A DNA stretch of 64,000 bases, taken from positions 4,512,001-4,576,000 of the forward strand of contig CBDCNP010000002.1 of the NCBI GenBank assembly GCA_965219415.1. The letters run 5' to 3'. Source of the stretch: Candidatus Marinacidobacterales bacterium. Its GTDB lineage: Bacteria; Acidobacteriota; Vicinamibacteria; Marinacidobacterales; DATDRI01. Position numbers and translations under genes: made by a program. How positions within the stretch are numbered: position 1 is the first letter of the stretch; each line of letters starts with the position of its first letter. Positions 21,739 to 32,158 of the stretch are shown in pieces. The notes under the pieces are model-generated. The model did not search any database, was not told the DNA's origin, and saw only the letters and a list, made by a program, of their open reading frames with translations.

Positions 21739-22203
21739 TTCGTGTAACACGGCCGTGTCAACCCGTATTCGGGTCGTGCCACGCGATCGAAGTGACGGAC
21801 GAATTTCTTGACCAAACGGGAAAAAAAGAGTGGAAGGCTCAGTGGATTTCGAACCGGCAGAGAGACCTTTATTGGTCGGCGAGTACCTTGTGTTGACCAT
21901 GGAAGATGGTCGCACGTTCAGCTTTTTACTGCCGCACTCCGGATATAATAGCATTGAGCCGTGCGGCGGTATCGAGTAGAGGCGATCCTGTGTCTGTCAG
22001 ATGGAAGACCGGAAAAGAGGCGTCCACAACCAGGGCTTTGGCATGCGCTATCGGCCAAGCGATATCGTCGTCAATCGCCACATCGAGCTGAGATTCCTCC
22101 AACAGGCCAAGGGTCCGGCATACGAAACGCCTTTCGATTGTCGGGTCATTTTGAATGATCTCTGTCACAGCACCGATATCGAAGCCCCATCCCTCGGTTT
22201 CCC

Positions 22204-23220
22204 TGTGCATCGTCAAAACTGCTCCGCCCACGAAATCAAGGACTTACGCTCCGCTTGAATTCCGGGCCGAAGACGGCGAAACTCCGCCGCTATGCTCGAC
22301 GTTGTTGTCTTCCTCGTCTCACTTGGCGTCCGTGTCATTCGGGCGATGTGTCGGCGCCGCGCCGACCTGGTGTTGGAGAACGTCGCTTTGCGGCAGCAAG
22401 TGACGGCGCTGAAGAAAGAGCGCCCACGCCCACCGCTCGACGACACGGAACGGGCTTTCTGGGTTGCTCTTCGAGGTTCGTGGCCCGTGTGGGCGAGCCG
22501 CCTGCTCATCGTCCACGCGGACACCGTGGCCCGTTGGCATCGCGACCGATTCCGACGGTACTGGGCAAATATCTCGCAGCGCCGCCATTCCGGTCGGCCT
22601 CGGATTGATGCTGAGATTCGCCGCCTCGTCCGCACGATGGCGCAAGACGGCTGGGGGGCGCCACGCATCCATGCTGAGCTCACCAAGCTCGGTTTCATCA
22701 TCTCCGAGATTACGGTGTCGCGATACCTGCCGCGGCATCCCGCGGAGCCCGACCAGCTGAAGCGATGGATGGCTTTCTTGCGCAACCATAAAGACGATAT
22801 CGCCGCCATGGATCTGTTCACCGTGCCCACCGCTTCGCTCCGGCTGCTGTACGGCTTCTTCGTCATCGAGCACGGCCGTCGGCACATCGTTCACTTCAAC
22901 GCCACGTTCCACCCGACGTCTGCTTGGGTTATTCGGCAACTGCGTGAGGCGTTTCCCTACGACACCGCTCCGAAATATCTCATCTTCGATCGCGACTTCA
23001 TCTTTAACGCTGCGGTCATCGAGTTCATCAAAGCAACGGGCACAAAACCCATTCGCACTTCGTTTCGCAGCCCATGGCAAAACGGAACTGCGGAGCGGTG
23101 GGTCGGCAGCTGCCGTCGCGAGCTCCTTGAGCATGTCGTGGTTCTCGGCGCATGGTCATCTCATCCGGCTCGTGCGAGCTTACATCAGCTACTATCACGA
23201 GGACCGTTGCCACTTGGGGC
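22204..23220 (+). mobile_element. 1285-bp IS, 3'-truncated copy with frameshifted transposase
   Basis: Left end intact, extra G near 23155, identity stops at CACTTGGGGC. Confidence 0.9.
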
Positions 23221-23259
23221 ATGACGAGCATACCTACGCGGGCGTTGTGCGAGTATGAA

Positions 23260-24726
23260 ATGGATAAAAAAAAGACGCTCCGAGGAACCGCACTCCTAGT
23301 TGCGGTCACATGCGGTCTCCTGGCATGGTTTCTAGCGTGTGCCAATCCGCCTTGGACCCAGGATGAAGCGGCCCTCGACATCTGCCTGAATAGCGAGCGC
23401 GAGCCTGTCGTACGAATCGAGGCCTGCCGCACCGCTGCCGAGCAGGGGGTCGCCTCAGCGCAGTTCAACCTCGGGTTCATGTATTCCAAAGGCGAGGACG
23501 TGCCGCAAGACGATGGCGAGGCAGTGAAGTGGTATCGGTTGGCCGCCGAGCAGGGATATGTCCCAGCACAGTTCGAGCTCGGGATCATGTATGGTAAAGG
23601 CAACGGTGTGCTGCGAGACGTCGGCGAGGCAGTCAAGTGGGTCCAGCTGGCCGCCGAGCAGGGATACGCCTCAGCGCAGCGCGCCCTCGGCGACCTGTAT
23701 CGCACCGACGAAGGCGTGCCCGACGGCATGCCGCAGGACTACGCCGAGGCAGTGAAGTGGTACCGGCTAGCTGCCGAGCAGGGATACGCCTCAGCGCAGG
23801 CCGACCTTGGCTTCATGTATTCCAACGGCGAGGGTGTGCCGCAAGACTATGCCGAGGCAGTGAAGTGGTTCCGGCTGGCCGCCGACCAGGGAGACGTCTG
23901 GGCGCAGCTCAACCTCGGCCTCATGCATGAGTACGGTCGGGGCGTGCCGCAAGACTACGGTGAAGCAGTGAAGTGGTTCCGGCTGGCCGCCGACCAGGGA
24001 GACGTCTGGGCGCAGTTCAGCCTCGGCAACATGTATCGCGCCGGCGAGGGTGTGCCGCAAGACTATGCCGAGGCAGCGAAGTGGTACCGGTTGGCCGCCG
24101 ACCAGGGACACGCCTCAGCGCAGAACAACCTCGGCTTCATGTATTCCAACGGCGAGGGTGTGCCGCAAGACTATGCCGAGGCAGTGAAGTGGTTCCGGCT
24201 GGCCGCCGAGCAGGGATACGCCTCAGCGCAGGCCGACCTTGGCTTCATGTATTCCAACGGCGAGGGTGTGCCGCAAGACTATGCCGAGGCAGTGAAGTGG
24301 TTCCGGCTGGCCGCCGACCAGGGACACGCCCCAGCGCAGAACAACCTCGGCATCATGTATTCCAACGGCGAGGGTGTGCCGCAAAACTACATCCAAGCCC
24401 ATATGTGGCTCAACCTTGCAGGGGCTAGAGGAGATGAAGATTCGAGAAAAGCTCGCGATCTTGTGAAGGATAAGATGACCCCTGAGCAGATCGCCGAGGC
24501 CCAGCGTCTCGCCAGCGTATGGAAGCCGGGAATGGTGATCGATGCGCCGGCCCAGATGTCTGAGCTGCCATCAGACGGCGACGCGCTACAGCAATGGGAC
24601 GACGACGGTAATGGACGGATTACCTGTGCGGAAGCGCGGCGGCACGGCCTTGCCCCTGTGCACCGAGGGCACCCCGCCTATTCCTACATGCGCGACCCCG
24701 ACAACGACGGCATCGTATGTAAATAG
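23260..24726 (+). CDS. Secreted Sel1-like repeat protein with C-terminal EF-hand/Excalibur-like Ca-binding motifs
   Basis: About nine 36-aa AQxNLG.MY..GEGVPQDYAEAVKW.RLAA.QG repeats. Also DDDGNGRITC and RDPDNDGIVC. Confidence 0.9.
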   Translation: MDKKKTLRGTALLVAVTCGLLAWFLACANPPWTQDEAALDICLNSEREPVVRIEACRTAAEQGVASAQFNLGFMYSKGEDVPQDDGEAVKWYRLAAEQGYVPAQFELGIMYGKGNGVLRDVGEAVKWVQLAAEQGYASAQRALGDLYRTDEGVPDGMPQDYAEAVKWYRLAAEQGYASAQADLGFMYSNGEGVPQDYAEAVKWFRLAADQGDVWAQLNLGLMHEYGRGVPQDYGEAVKWFRLAADQGDVWAQFSLGNMYRAGEGVPQDYAEAAKWYRLAADQGHASAQNNLGFMYSNGEGVPQDYAEAVKWFRLAAEQGYASAQADLGFMYSNGEGVPQDYAEAVKWFRLAADQGHAPAQNNLGIMYSNGEGVPQNYIQAHMWLNLAGARGDEDSRKARDLVKDKMTPEQIAEAQRLASVWKPGMVIDAPAQMSELPSDGDALQQWDDDGNGRITCAEARRHGLAPVHRGHPAYSYMRDPDNDGIVCK

Positions 24727-25113
24727 TCGTGCGCTTCAGCCATTCGATAAATAGCGCGGCCATGGCGGCGCTCCCTCGACCTCCGGGATAGACCGGACTC
24801 TACCGCTGATGCTAGCGTGGCCGCTTACGCCGATTCATGCGCCAATGCCATCACCTCCGTATCGGTCGACCCGACGAGACGCCACCGGCGTCTTATGAAC
24901 GTGGAGAGGCTCGCTCTTGCGACTGTTTTCGAATATCCGGCCTATTGTTCTGGACGCCAGGGCTAAGCCCAAGCGGTCGTGGAGATCCTCCCCTATTCGA
25001 ACGAGGTGACATCTATGCTCTGGGAGGGTGACGTTGCGGCGGTCGGCGCTTGCCTTTGCCCGCAGCCTTTGCGGCCAGCGGGGCCTGCAGGCGCTCGTAC
25101 AAAGCAAAGAGGT

Positions 25114-25578
25114 TGTGCCTTCTATTTATTCATCTGCCAGCCCATGGGTCGGAAGTCAGCCCTGCGGCGCGAAATACCCTGGATTTTGCGCGGATTCCAA
25201 GGGCGTCTAAGCTGCTGATTTGTGGTGTGCCTTCTATTTATTCATCCGCCAGCCCCATGGGTCGGAAGTCAGCCCTGCGGCGCGAAATACCCTGGATTCT
25301 GCGCGGATTCCAAGGGCGTCTAAGCTGCTGATTTGTGGTCTATTTCTAAAGGGCCGAGTTTTGGCACAGGACGCGCAACCGACCTCGCATCGCCCAACAG
25401 GGACTGCAACCTGCTGACCCGCCGGGCCTTTGAGTATTTTGACCAGACGACCAGCTCGCGACGAGCCTTGAAGACAGAGATGAGAGCGCGAACAAATGAC
25501 GAAATCATGTAGGCATGGTGCCGGTAGACCGAAGACTAATCAAGTTCGGGGCGCGCGGATGAATACATAGAAGGCACA
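25114..25578. repeat. Repeat stack: C' (25114-25225), C'-A (25226-25373), E end rc (25401-25449), C end rc (25485-25578)
   Basis: Direct matches to the family consensus sequences. Confidence 0.87.
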
Positions 25579-25667
25579 ATCGTAGCGAAAGTCACTTACG
25601 GCTGAGGAAGATGACCAGCTGAGTTTTTGCACCATAAGCGTTGAGCAAGGGAACGCCTCGGCGCAGT

Positions 25668-28100
25668 TCAACAGATCCGGCTAGTTGGAATATCGTAGCG
25701 GGTGCAGATGTCCACAATCCGGCCTAGCATTGCCGCCGCTCGGTTACAATGACCTTGCGATTCAAGCCATTGCCCGTATCGTCGCAAGGTGAGGAGTAAC
25801 TCTGGGTGTTCGGATCCGAACACCTCCTCGCGATTGCGCAATGCTTTCGCAAAGAATTCTCCCGCTTGACCGTTTTGTCCTCTACGCGCGAGTACGGTTG
25901 CCATCGTGACATAGCTGCGTCCGATCTTTTCCGGGTTGCCGATTTCCTCGCGTAATCGAAGGCCTTCGTCGCATAGTCGAAGAGCGGTGTCGAGATTGCC
26001 TAAGCCCAGCCAGAGTTCGGCCATGTTGTTGAGTATGGTTGCATAGAAGAAATCCTGGCGTTCCCTCGATCTTTGCTCGGCAGCAAGCGCCTGCTCCAGC
26101 AGAGGCTGTGCTTCCGAAAATCTTCCGGAGCGCACATACGTGATGCCAAGATTGTTCAGGGCTAGCGACAAATCCTCATCGTCGCGACTCACAGTGCGCT
26201 GCATAATTTCGAGAGACCGTCTGAGCAAGGGCTCCGCACTCGTGAAATCGAAACGATCGGTGTACACAAGTGCCAAGTTATTGAGGCAAGTAGCAACATC
26301 AGGATCATCAGATCCTAAGTCTCGCTCTCGGAGCGCCACAGATTGGAGATGGATTCGCTCAGATTCGAGAAAGTCACCTCTCATTCTGAGATAGCAGGCG
26401 ACGCCGTTCAGTACGTTTCCGGCATCAGCAACCCCGAAACCAAATTCCGTGGTCAGCGCTGCGGCAGCGATGCCATGTGCGAGCAATCGCTCGCATCGAT
26501 GCCACGTATCATAGCTTCCTGAAGGAAATATTTTGTTCAGAGCGCGTGTTGCGCGTAGCGCCCATTGCCGCCGGGAATCATCACCGAGAGAGCCTCTCAC
26601 AACGGCTTGCACGAGACGGTGAGTGGTGTAAGTCAGCGATGCCACATCACGACGAATCAGAGAGTACCTGGTTAGCGGCTCGAACAATTTGTCACGAACA
26701 ACGGGATCATCCGCCGCTTCGGCAGCGAGCGCGGCGATGTGTTCACCCAACTCGGAGCCACCATCGATGAATATTTCGATGGGAATACTCTCGGGTGCCA
26801 AAAACGCGCTGACACGAAGCACCTCGGCTGCTGCCTGGTTCTCCGTGCCTATCTGCGCAAAGTTCATTGCCCATGTTGTTTCGACTGAAGCTGGATAATC
26901 CCCAGCAACCGGACCCGCCTCATTTAGTAGTTGGAGGTGCCGCTTTCTAAAGCTAGTCAAGTAATCCTTGAAGGACGTGTCGTGTGCAGTTACGAACGCT
27001 GCTGCCTGTTCGAGGGCCAGAGGTAGATATCCAAGTTCCTCGGCCAGTGCGGACGCTGCGTCTCTCTCGTCATTCACAGCGCTGCGCCCTGTTCGTGTGA
27101 AAAGGAAATCGACCGCATCGTCTGCCGGCATCTCAATCACATCCAAGGGCTTCGCAACGCCTACAGAATCGAGCACATGGGCGCGCGATGTTAGAAGTAT
27201 GTGCCCTTGAGGTGCGACGGGCAGAAATGGCTTGATCAATTGCGGCTGATCCGCGTTATCAAAGATAAGCAGCCAGCGAGAATTTCTGTCACACCATTGC
27301 TTTACGGCTTCAACGGTACGATTGTGATCAGGGTCGTCATTATCCACCAACCCGAGGGCTACACCAATGTCCACAAGACTTGTCTTGGTTGTGATTTCAG
27401 TATCGGCTGAAACCCACAAAATCGCTCGATACTGGTCGCGATACCGGTAAGCGTACTCGATAGCCGTCTGGGTCTTGCCGATTCCACCCATACCGCTTAG
27501 GGCTTGAGTCAACGCTGCGCGTCCCGATCTTGCGAGGCATGTACGAAGCGATGCAAGCGTTTCCTCGCGGCCGGTGAAGAATGGATTCTTGGCATATGGC
27601 ACGTTCCACACAATTAAGGTTGGATAGAAACTGGGATCCCGCGACGGCCCATCTCGTGTGCATGACTGATTTGCACGACTGCGGAGTCGCCGGAGAATTA
27701 AGTCAGCTACGTCATGCGGTGCACGGTCACCGATCATCACATACCCATCAGTGGAAAGCATCCCGGGGATCGGCGCGTCATCGAAGCGGAAGGGCATAAT
27801 ACGTTCCCCTTCCAATTGAAACAGGATATCGCGGATCTGCCGCCATTCGAGATGACACCAATTCTTCCGCTGGTAATCGGCGCAAAGAAAAGGTACCAGG
27901 AGATCAGTATGCTCACGGTAGAGCGTTCCAAGATACAGGTCGAGATCTGGCCTGGCGAGTTCTGCCGCCAGATATTCGTCGTAGAGTATGTTTTCGCGGC
28001 CGAGTTCCGCCTCAAGAGTATCAGCTACCCTCCGAACGTAGTCACGCTTTTCTCCGGAGAACGACAAGCCAACACGAAATCTTCGGTGAGTTTCTGCCAT
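25668..28100 (-). CDS. TIR - NB-ARC - TPR protein (bacterial NLR-like)
   Basis: VGLSFSGE...WCHLEW (TIR with catalytic Glu), GMGGIGKT, LLIFDNAD, GYLPLALEQ, THRLVQ and TPRs (LNNLA/LNNLG). Confidence 0.9.
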   Translation of the reverse strand: MAETHRRFRVGLSFSGEKRDYVRRVADTLEAELGRENILYDEYLAAELARPDLDLYLGTLYREHTDLLVPFLCADYQRKNWCHLEWRQIRDILFQLEGERIMPFRFDDAPIPGMLSTDGYVMIGDRAPHDVADLILRRLRSRANQSCTRDGPSRDPSFYPTLIVWNVPYAKNPFFTGREETLASLRTCLARSGRAALTQALSGMGGIGKTQTAIEYAYRYRDQYRAILWVSADTEITTKTSLVDIGVALGLVDNDDPDHNRTVEAVKQWCDRNSRWLLIFDNADQPQLIKPFLPVAPQGHILLTSRAHVLDSVGVAKPLDVIEMPADDAVDFLFTRTGRSAVNDERDAASALAEELGYLPLALEQAAAFVTAHDTSFKDYLTSFRKRHLQLLNEAGPVAGDYPASVETTWAMNFAQIGTENQAAAEVLRVSAFLAPESIPIEIFIDGGSELGEHIAALAAEAADDPVVRDKLFEPLTRYSLIRRDVASLTYTTHRLVQAVVRGSLGDDSRRQWALRATRALNKIFPSGSYDTWHRCERLLAHGIAAAALTTEFGFGVADAGNVLNGVACYLRMRGDFLESERIHLQSVALRERDLGSDDPDVATCLNNLALVYTDRFDFTSAEPLLRRSLEIMQRTVSRDDEDLSLALNNLGITYVRSGRFSEAQPLLEQALAAEQRSRERQDFFYATILNNMAELWLGLGNLDTALRLCDEGLRLREEIGNPEKIGRSYVTMATVLARRGQNGQAGEFFAKALRNREEVFGSEHPELLLTLRRYGQWLESQGHCNRAAAMLGRIVDICTRYDIPTSRIC

Positions 28101-28153
28101 AGATTTCACGCAATCAATTCTGCAACTTTGAATTGTACACGGTCAAGTTTACG

Positions 28154-28275
28154 GGTGCTTCCGCCATTAAGTGTTGGTGAGATGACGCTAAGACTTTACG
28201 GTGCATTAAGTTACAGCCAAAATAGCGCTCACAACCTTCGACGCACGCTAAATGGAGCGTAAGCACTTTCTTGGT
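28154..28275 (+). repeat. B MITE truncated by IS right end
   Basis: GGTGCTTCCGCCATTAAGTGTTGGTGAG... Confidence 0.88.
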
Positions 28276-29560
28276 TGTCCATCATCATTATTTGTCCGGG
28301 ACTGGACTCTAGGCCCGGACTGCCCTTGAGCACATGCTGGAGAGCGTGGTCAGCGCGCGAGGGAAGGTGCTGAGGACGAACTTCTCGGCGACCAGCCGAG
28401 TAACGCGAGCGACCAAGCTGACTCAGGCTGCCTCTCGCCACTCGTATCGATGGTGCAATCCACCGACTCGCGGCAGTGCGACGACTTTCGCCGTAGGAGA
28501 CGGTCGGTGCGTGACCGCTCTCAAGCTCGGTGTGTCCTTGTTCAGCCCCAAGTGGCAACGGTCCTCGTGATAGTAGCTGATGTAAGCTCGCACGAGCCGG
28601 ATGAGATGACATGCGCCGAGAACCACGACGTGCTCAATGAGCTCGCGACGGCAGCTGCCGACCCACCGCTCCGCAGTTCCGTTTTGCCATGGGCTGCGAA
28701 ACGAAGTGCGAACGGGTTTTGTGCCCGTTGCCTTGATGAACTCGATGACCGCAGCGCTAAAGATGAAGTCGCGATCGAAGATGAGATATTTCGGAGCGGT
28801 GTCGTAGGGAAACGCCTCGCGTAGTTGCTGAATAACCCAAGCAGACGTCGGGTGGAACGTGGCGTTGAAGTGAACGATGTGCCGGCGACCGTGCTCGATG
28901 ACGAAGAAGCCGTACAGCAGCCGGAGCGACGCGGTGGGCACGGTGAACAGATCCATGGCGGCGATATCGTCTTTATGGTTGCGCAAGAAAGCCATCCATC
29001 GTTTCAGCTGGTCGGGCTCCGCGGGACGCTGCGGCAGGTATCGCGACACCGTGATCTCGGAGATGATGAAACCGAGCTTGGTGAGCTCAGCATGGATGCG
29101 TGGCGCCCCCCAGCCGTCTTGCGCCATCGTGCGGACGAGGCGACGAATCTCGGCATCAATCCGAGGCCGACCGGGATGGCGGCGCTGCGAGATATTTGCC
29201 CAGTACCGTCGGAATCGGTCGCGATGCCAACGGGCTACGGTGTCCGCGTGGACGATGAGCAGGCGGCTCGCCCACACGGGCCACGAACCTCGAAGGGCAA
29301 CCCAGAAAGCCCGTTCCGTGTCGTCGAGCGGTGGGCGTGGGCGCTCTTTCTTCAGCGCCGTCACTTGCTGCCGCAAAGCGACGTTCTCCAACACCAGGTC
29401 GGCGCGGCGCCGACACATCGCCCGAATGGCACGGACGCCAAGTGAGACGAGGAAGACAACAACGTTGAGCATAGCGGCGGAGTTTCGCCGTCTTCGGCCC
29501 GGAATTCAAGCGGAGCGTAAGTCCTTGATTTCGTGGGCGGAGCAGTTTTGACGATGCACA
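28276..29560 (-). mobile_element. 1285-bp IS, full copy
   Basis: TGTCCATC...GATGCACA; no TSD. Confidence 0.92.
28423..29472 (-). CDS. rve DDE transposase
   Basis: Near-identical to 8396-9445. Confidence 0.92.
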   Translation of the reverse strand: MLNVVVFLVSLGVRAIRAMCRRRADLVLENVALRQQVTALKKERPRPPLDDTERAFWVALRGSWPVWASRLLIVHADTVARWHRDRFRRYWANISQRRHPGRPRIDAEIRRLVRTMAQDGWGAPRIHAELTKLGFIISEITVSRYLPQRPAEPDQLKRWMAFLRNHKDDIAAMDLFTVPTASLRLLYGFFVIEHGRRHIVHFNATFHPTSAWVIQQLREAFPYDTAPKYLIFDRDFIFSAAVIEFIKATGTKPVRTSFRSPWQNGTAERWVGSCRRELIEHVVVLGACHLIRLVRAYISYYHEDRCHLGLNKDTPSLRAVTHRPSPTAKVVALPRVGGLHHRYEWREAA

Positions 29561-30491
29561 ACCATCGGTTCCATCCCGGACCGCGGACGACATCCACGAC
29601 CGGGCGCTCGGGGCCTTCCTCGGTCTGGCGGTGGGCGACGCGGTCGGCACGACGCTCGAATTCTGCTCCCGCGATACGCAGCCGCGTCTAGAAGACATGG
29701 TCGGTGGCGGCCCGTTCGACCTGTCGGCCGGCGCTTGGACCGACGACACGGCCATGGCGCTGGCCCTCGCCGACAGCCTAGCGGAATCCAAGACGCTCGA
29801 CTGCCGGGACCTTATGGACCGTTTCGTGAAGTGGTGGCGAGATGGAGACTACTCGTGCACCGGACACTGCTTCGACATCGGAAACACGACCCAAGAAGCA
29901 CTCACCCGGTACCTGCAGACGTGTGATCCGGTCGCGGGTTCGACCGATCCCTGGAGCGCAGGCAACGGCTCGCTGATGCGGCTCGCCCCCGTTGCGCTCC
30001 GGTTCGGGCCCGACCGGCCGCGCCTGATCGCAGCAGCCGCCGACCAGTCCCGGACGACCCACGGCGCCGAGGAAGCAGTGGACGCCTGCCGGGCGTTCGG
30101 CGCACTTCTGGCAGACGCCATCGCCGGGTCACCGTTCTCGGACGTTCTAGCTCCGAGACGATTCACGGGAGCGGCGGCAATCGCTCAGGTCATAGCCGGC
30201 AGCTGGCGAGGACGGACACGGGATACGATCCGCTCCAGCGGGTACGTCGTTCACACGCTCGAAGCCGCCATCTGGTCAGTCGCCCGCACCGGAGACTTCC
30301 GCGGCGCGGTGCTGCTCGCGGCCAACCTGGCCGACGACGCCGATACGGTAGCAGCAGTGACGGGGCAGCTCGCCGGCGCCCTCTACGGCCTGAACGCCAT
30401 CCCCGACCACTGGCGGGAACGCGTTGCTTGGAAGGATCGACTCCTGGCAGCGGCGCGGCGGTTGCTTTCGGAACCCCTTGCCGACCGGTAG
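29561..30491 (+). CDS. ADP-ribosylglycohydrolase (DraG/ARH), natural 5' end replaced by IS
   Basis: DRALGAFLGLAVGDAVG, WTDDT, GNGSLMR and DDADT. The frame is open back into the IS end. Confidence 0.88.
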
Positions 30492-30512
30492 AAGTTGGGT
30501 GGGTAGCCGAAG

Positions 30513-30598
30513 CACGGCTCCTGACCCGGTCGCAAACACAGACACTAAGCTGCTGATATTATGGCCTGTTTCAAAAGGCCGAGTTTTGGCACAGGACG
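30513..30598 (+). repeat. A end
   Basis: CGCAAACACAGACACTAAGCTGCTGAT...GGCACAGGACG. Confidence 0.88.
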
Positions 30599-30600
30599 AC

Positions 30601-31260
30601 ATGGCGAAGACCGCAACGCAACGGCCAAAAGCAAAGAACAAACCGTACACGTCCAGTCGGGCAATGGTGATTTTCGGCAAAACGATTTCACGCGCACGCA
30701 CGTTCGAAGTCTTGTATGAAACAACAGTCAAGAGTCGTTCGGTTTCGCATCCCGGCGACCTCATCCGAGCGACGGTCACATTTTCCGTCGCTGCTATGGA
30801 CGCGTACTTTACCGACAGGTTCTGTGAGAGCTTGGTACCCTTTCTAAAGAATCGAAGAGCCGGAAAAAACCTCATTCATCTAGTCCGTGAAGCCGGAGTT
30901 GACACCGAGCAAGTTCTCATACTCCTCACGATGAAGAGGCCATATCGTCGGATCCACACGTTAGTTAGCGCCTATCTCGAGCGGCGAACGACTCAGCGAC
31001 TCGACGCAATTGACGAACTCTTTCTTTGCTTCGGCCTTCCCGAATTCACGAAGCGCGTCGAGGGTAGTATGGGCAAGAAAACGGCGTTGGCCCGTGTGGA
31101 GAAACTCGTCGAGCGACGCCATCAGATTGTGCATGACGGCGACATGAATGAGCATGGAAAAGTGCGGCCTATAACTAAAGCAACATTTAGCCAGCTCGAC
31201 ACGTTGGAGGAGTTCGTCACGGCTGCGGACAAATTGCTCTATCAAGCGCTAACCTTCTAA
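30601..31260 (+). CDS. HEPN-domain protein (RiboL-PSP-HEPN-like)
   Basis: DLIRA.V...VAAMDAYF and RRHQIVHDGD (Rx4H). The ATG is 2 nt after the A end. Confidence 0.78.
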   Translation: MAKTATQRPKAKNKPYTSSRAMVIFGKTISRARTFEVLYETTVKSRSVSHPGDLIRATVTFSVAAMDAYFTDRFCESLVPFLKNRRAGKNLIHLVREAGVDTEQVLILLTMKRPYRRIHTLVSAYLERRTTQRLDAIDELFLCFGLPEFTKRVEGSMGKKTALARVEKLVERRHQIVHDGDMNEHGKVRPITKATFSQLDTLEEFVTAADKLLYQALTF

Positions 31261-31343
31261 AACTTCGACTCGGACAAGGAATTCCGAGCATGATTGACGG
31301 GTTCGGAGCCAGAGTCCGCGCATGCTCTTACGCAGCGCCGCAT

Positions 31344-31509
31344 GGTGCTTGCGCTGTTTGCTGTTGGTAATGTGAACGTATCCCTTTGCAAAAAAGCGCT
31401 TACGCTCCATTTAGCGCGCGGCGAAGGTCGTGAGCGCTATTTTGGCTGTAATTTTAATGCAGCGTAAAGTCTTAGCGTCATCTCACCAACACTTAATAGC
31501 GGAAGCACC
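31344..31509 (-). repeat. Complete 166-bp B MITE
   Basis: GGTGCTTGCGC...GCGGAAGCACC. Confidence 0.9.
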
Positions 31510-31928
31510 GCCCATGGCAAAACGGAACTGCGGAGCGGTGGGTCGGCAGCTGCCGTCGCGAGCTCCTTGAGCACGTCGTGGTTCTCGGCGCATGTCATCT
31601 CATCCGGCTCGTGCGAGCTTACATCAGCTACTATCACGAGGACCGTTGCCACTTGGGGCTGAACAAGGACACACCGAGCTTGAGAGCGGTCACGCACCGA
31701 CCGTCTCCTACGGCGAAAGTCGTCGCACTGCCGCGAGTCGGTGGATTGCACCATCGATACGAGTGGCGAGAGGCAGCCTGAGTCAGCTTGGTCGCTCGCG
31801 TTACTCGGCTGGTCGCCGAGAAGTTCGTCCTCAGCACCTTCCCTCGCGCGCTGACCACGCTCTCCAGCATGGGCTCGAGGGCAGTCCGGGCCTAGAGTCC
31901 AGTCCCGGACAAATAATGATGATGGACA
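31510..31928 (+). mobile_element. 1285-bp IS, 3' part only (cut by B)
   Basis: Runs from GCCCATGGCAAAACGG to GATGGACA. Confidence 0.9.
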
Positions 31929-32019
31929 GGTGGAATCATCACGAAAGCAGAAACAGAAGAGAGAGGCGTTGACACGTTTGCGTTCGGGGAACAGCGGGGG
32001 CAAGCTGCGGTAGACATGT

Positions 32020-32158
32020 ACAGGAAGACCAGGAACCCTTCGAGGAAAAGATGAAACGCCTCGTCGCGGAACTGCGCCAGCAGCAGGCCGAAGGCGCGAA
32101 GCTCGCCGCCGCCATTGAGGCGAATCTGAAGGCACTCGGGTTTGGAGGCGACCGATGA
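32020..32158 (+). pseudogene. Type I R-M HsdM extreme C-terminus
   Basis: [41 protein letters not shown]. Confidence 0.75.

Larger units (their letters stand above)
20088..21818 (+). mobile_element. E-type rve element carrying a passenger gene
   Basis: Imperfect inverted ends CGTCTGGTCAATAAACTC / GAATTTCTTGACCAAACG enclose the transposase and a membrane protein. Confidence 0.75.
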
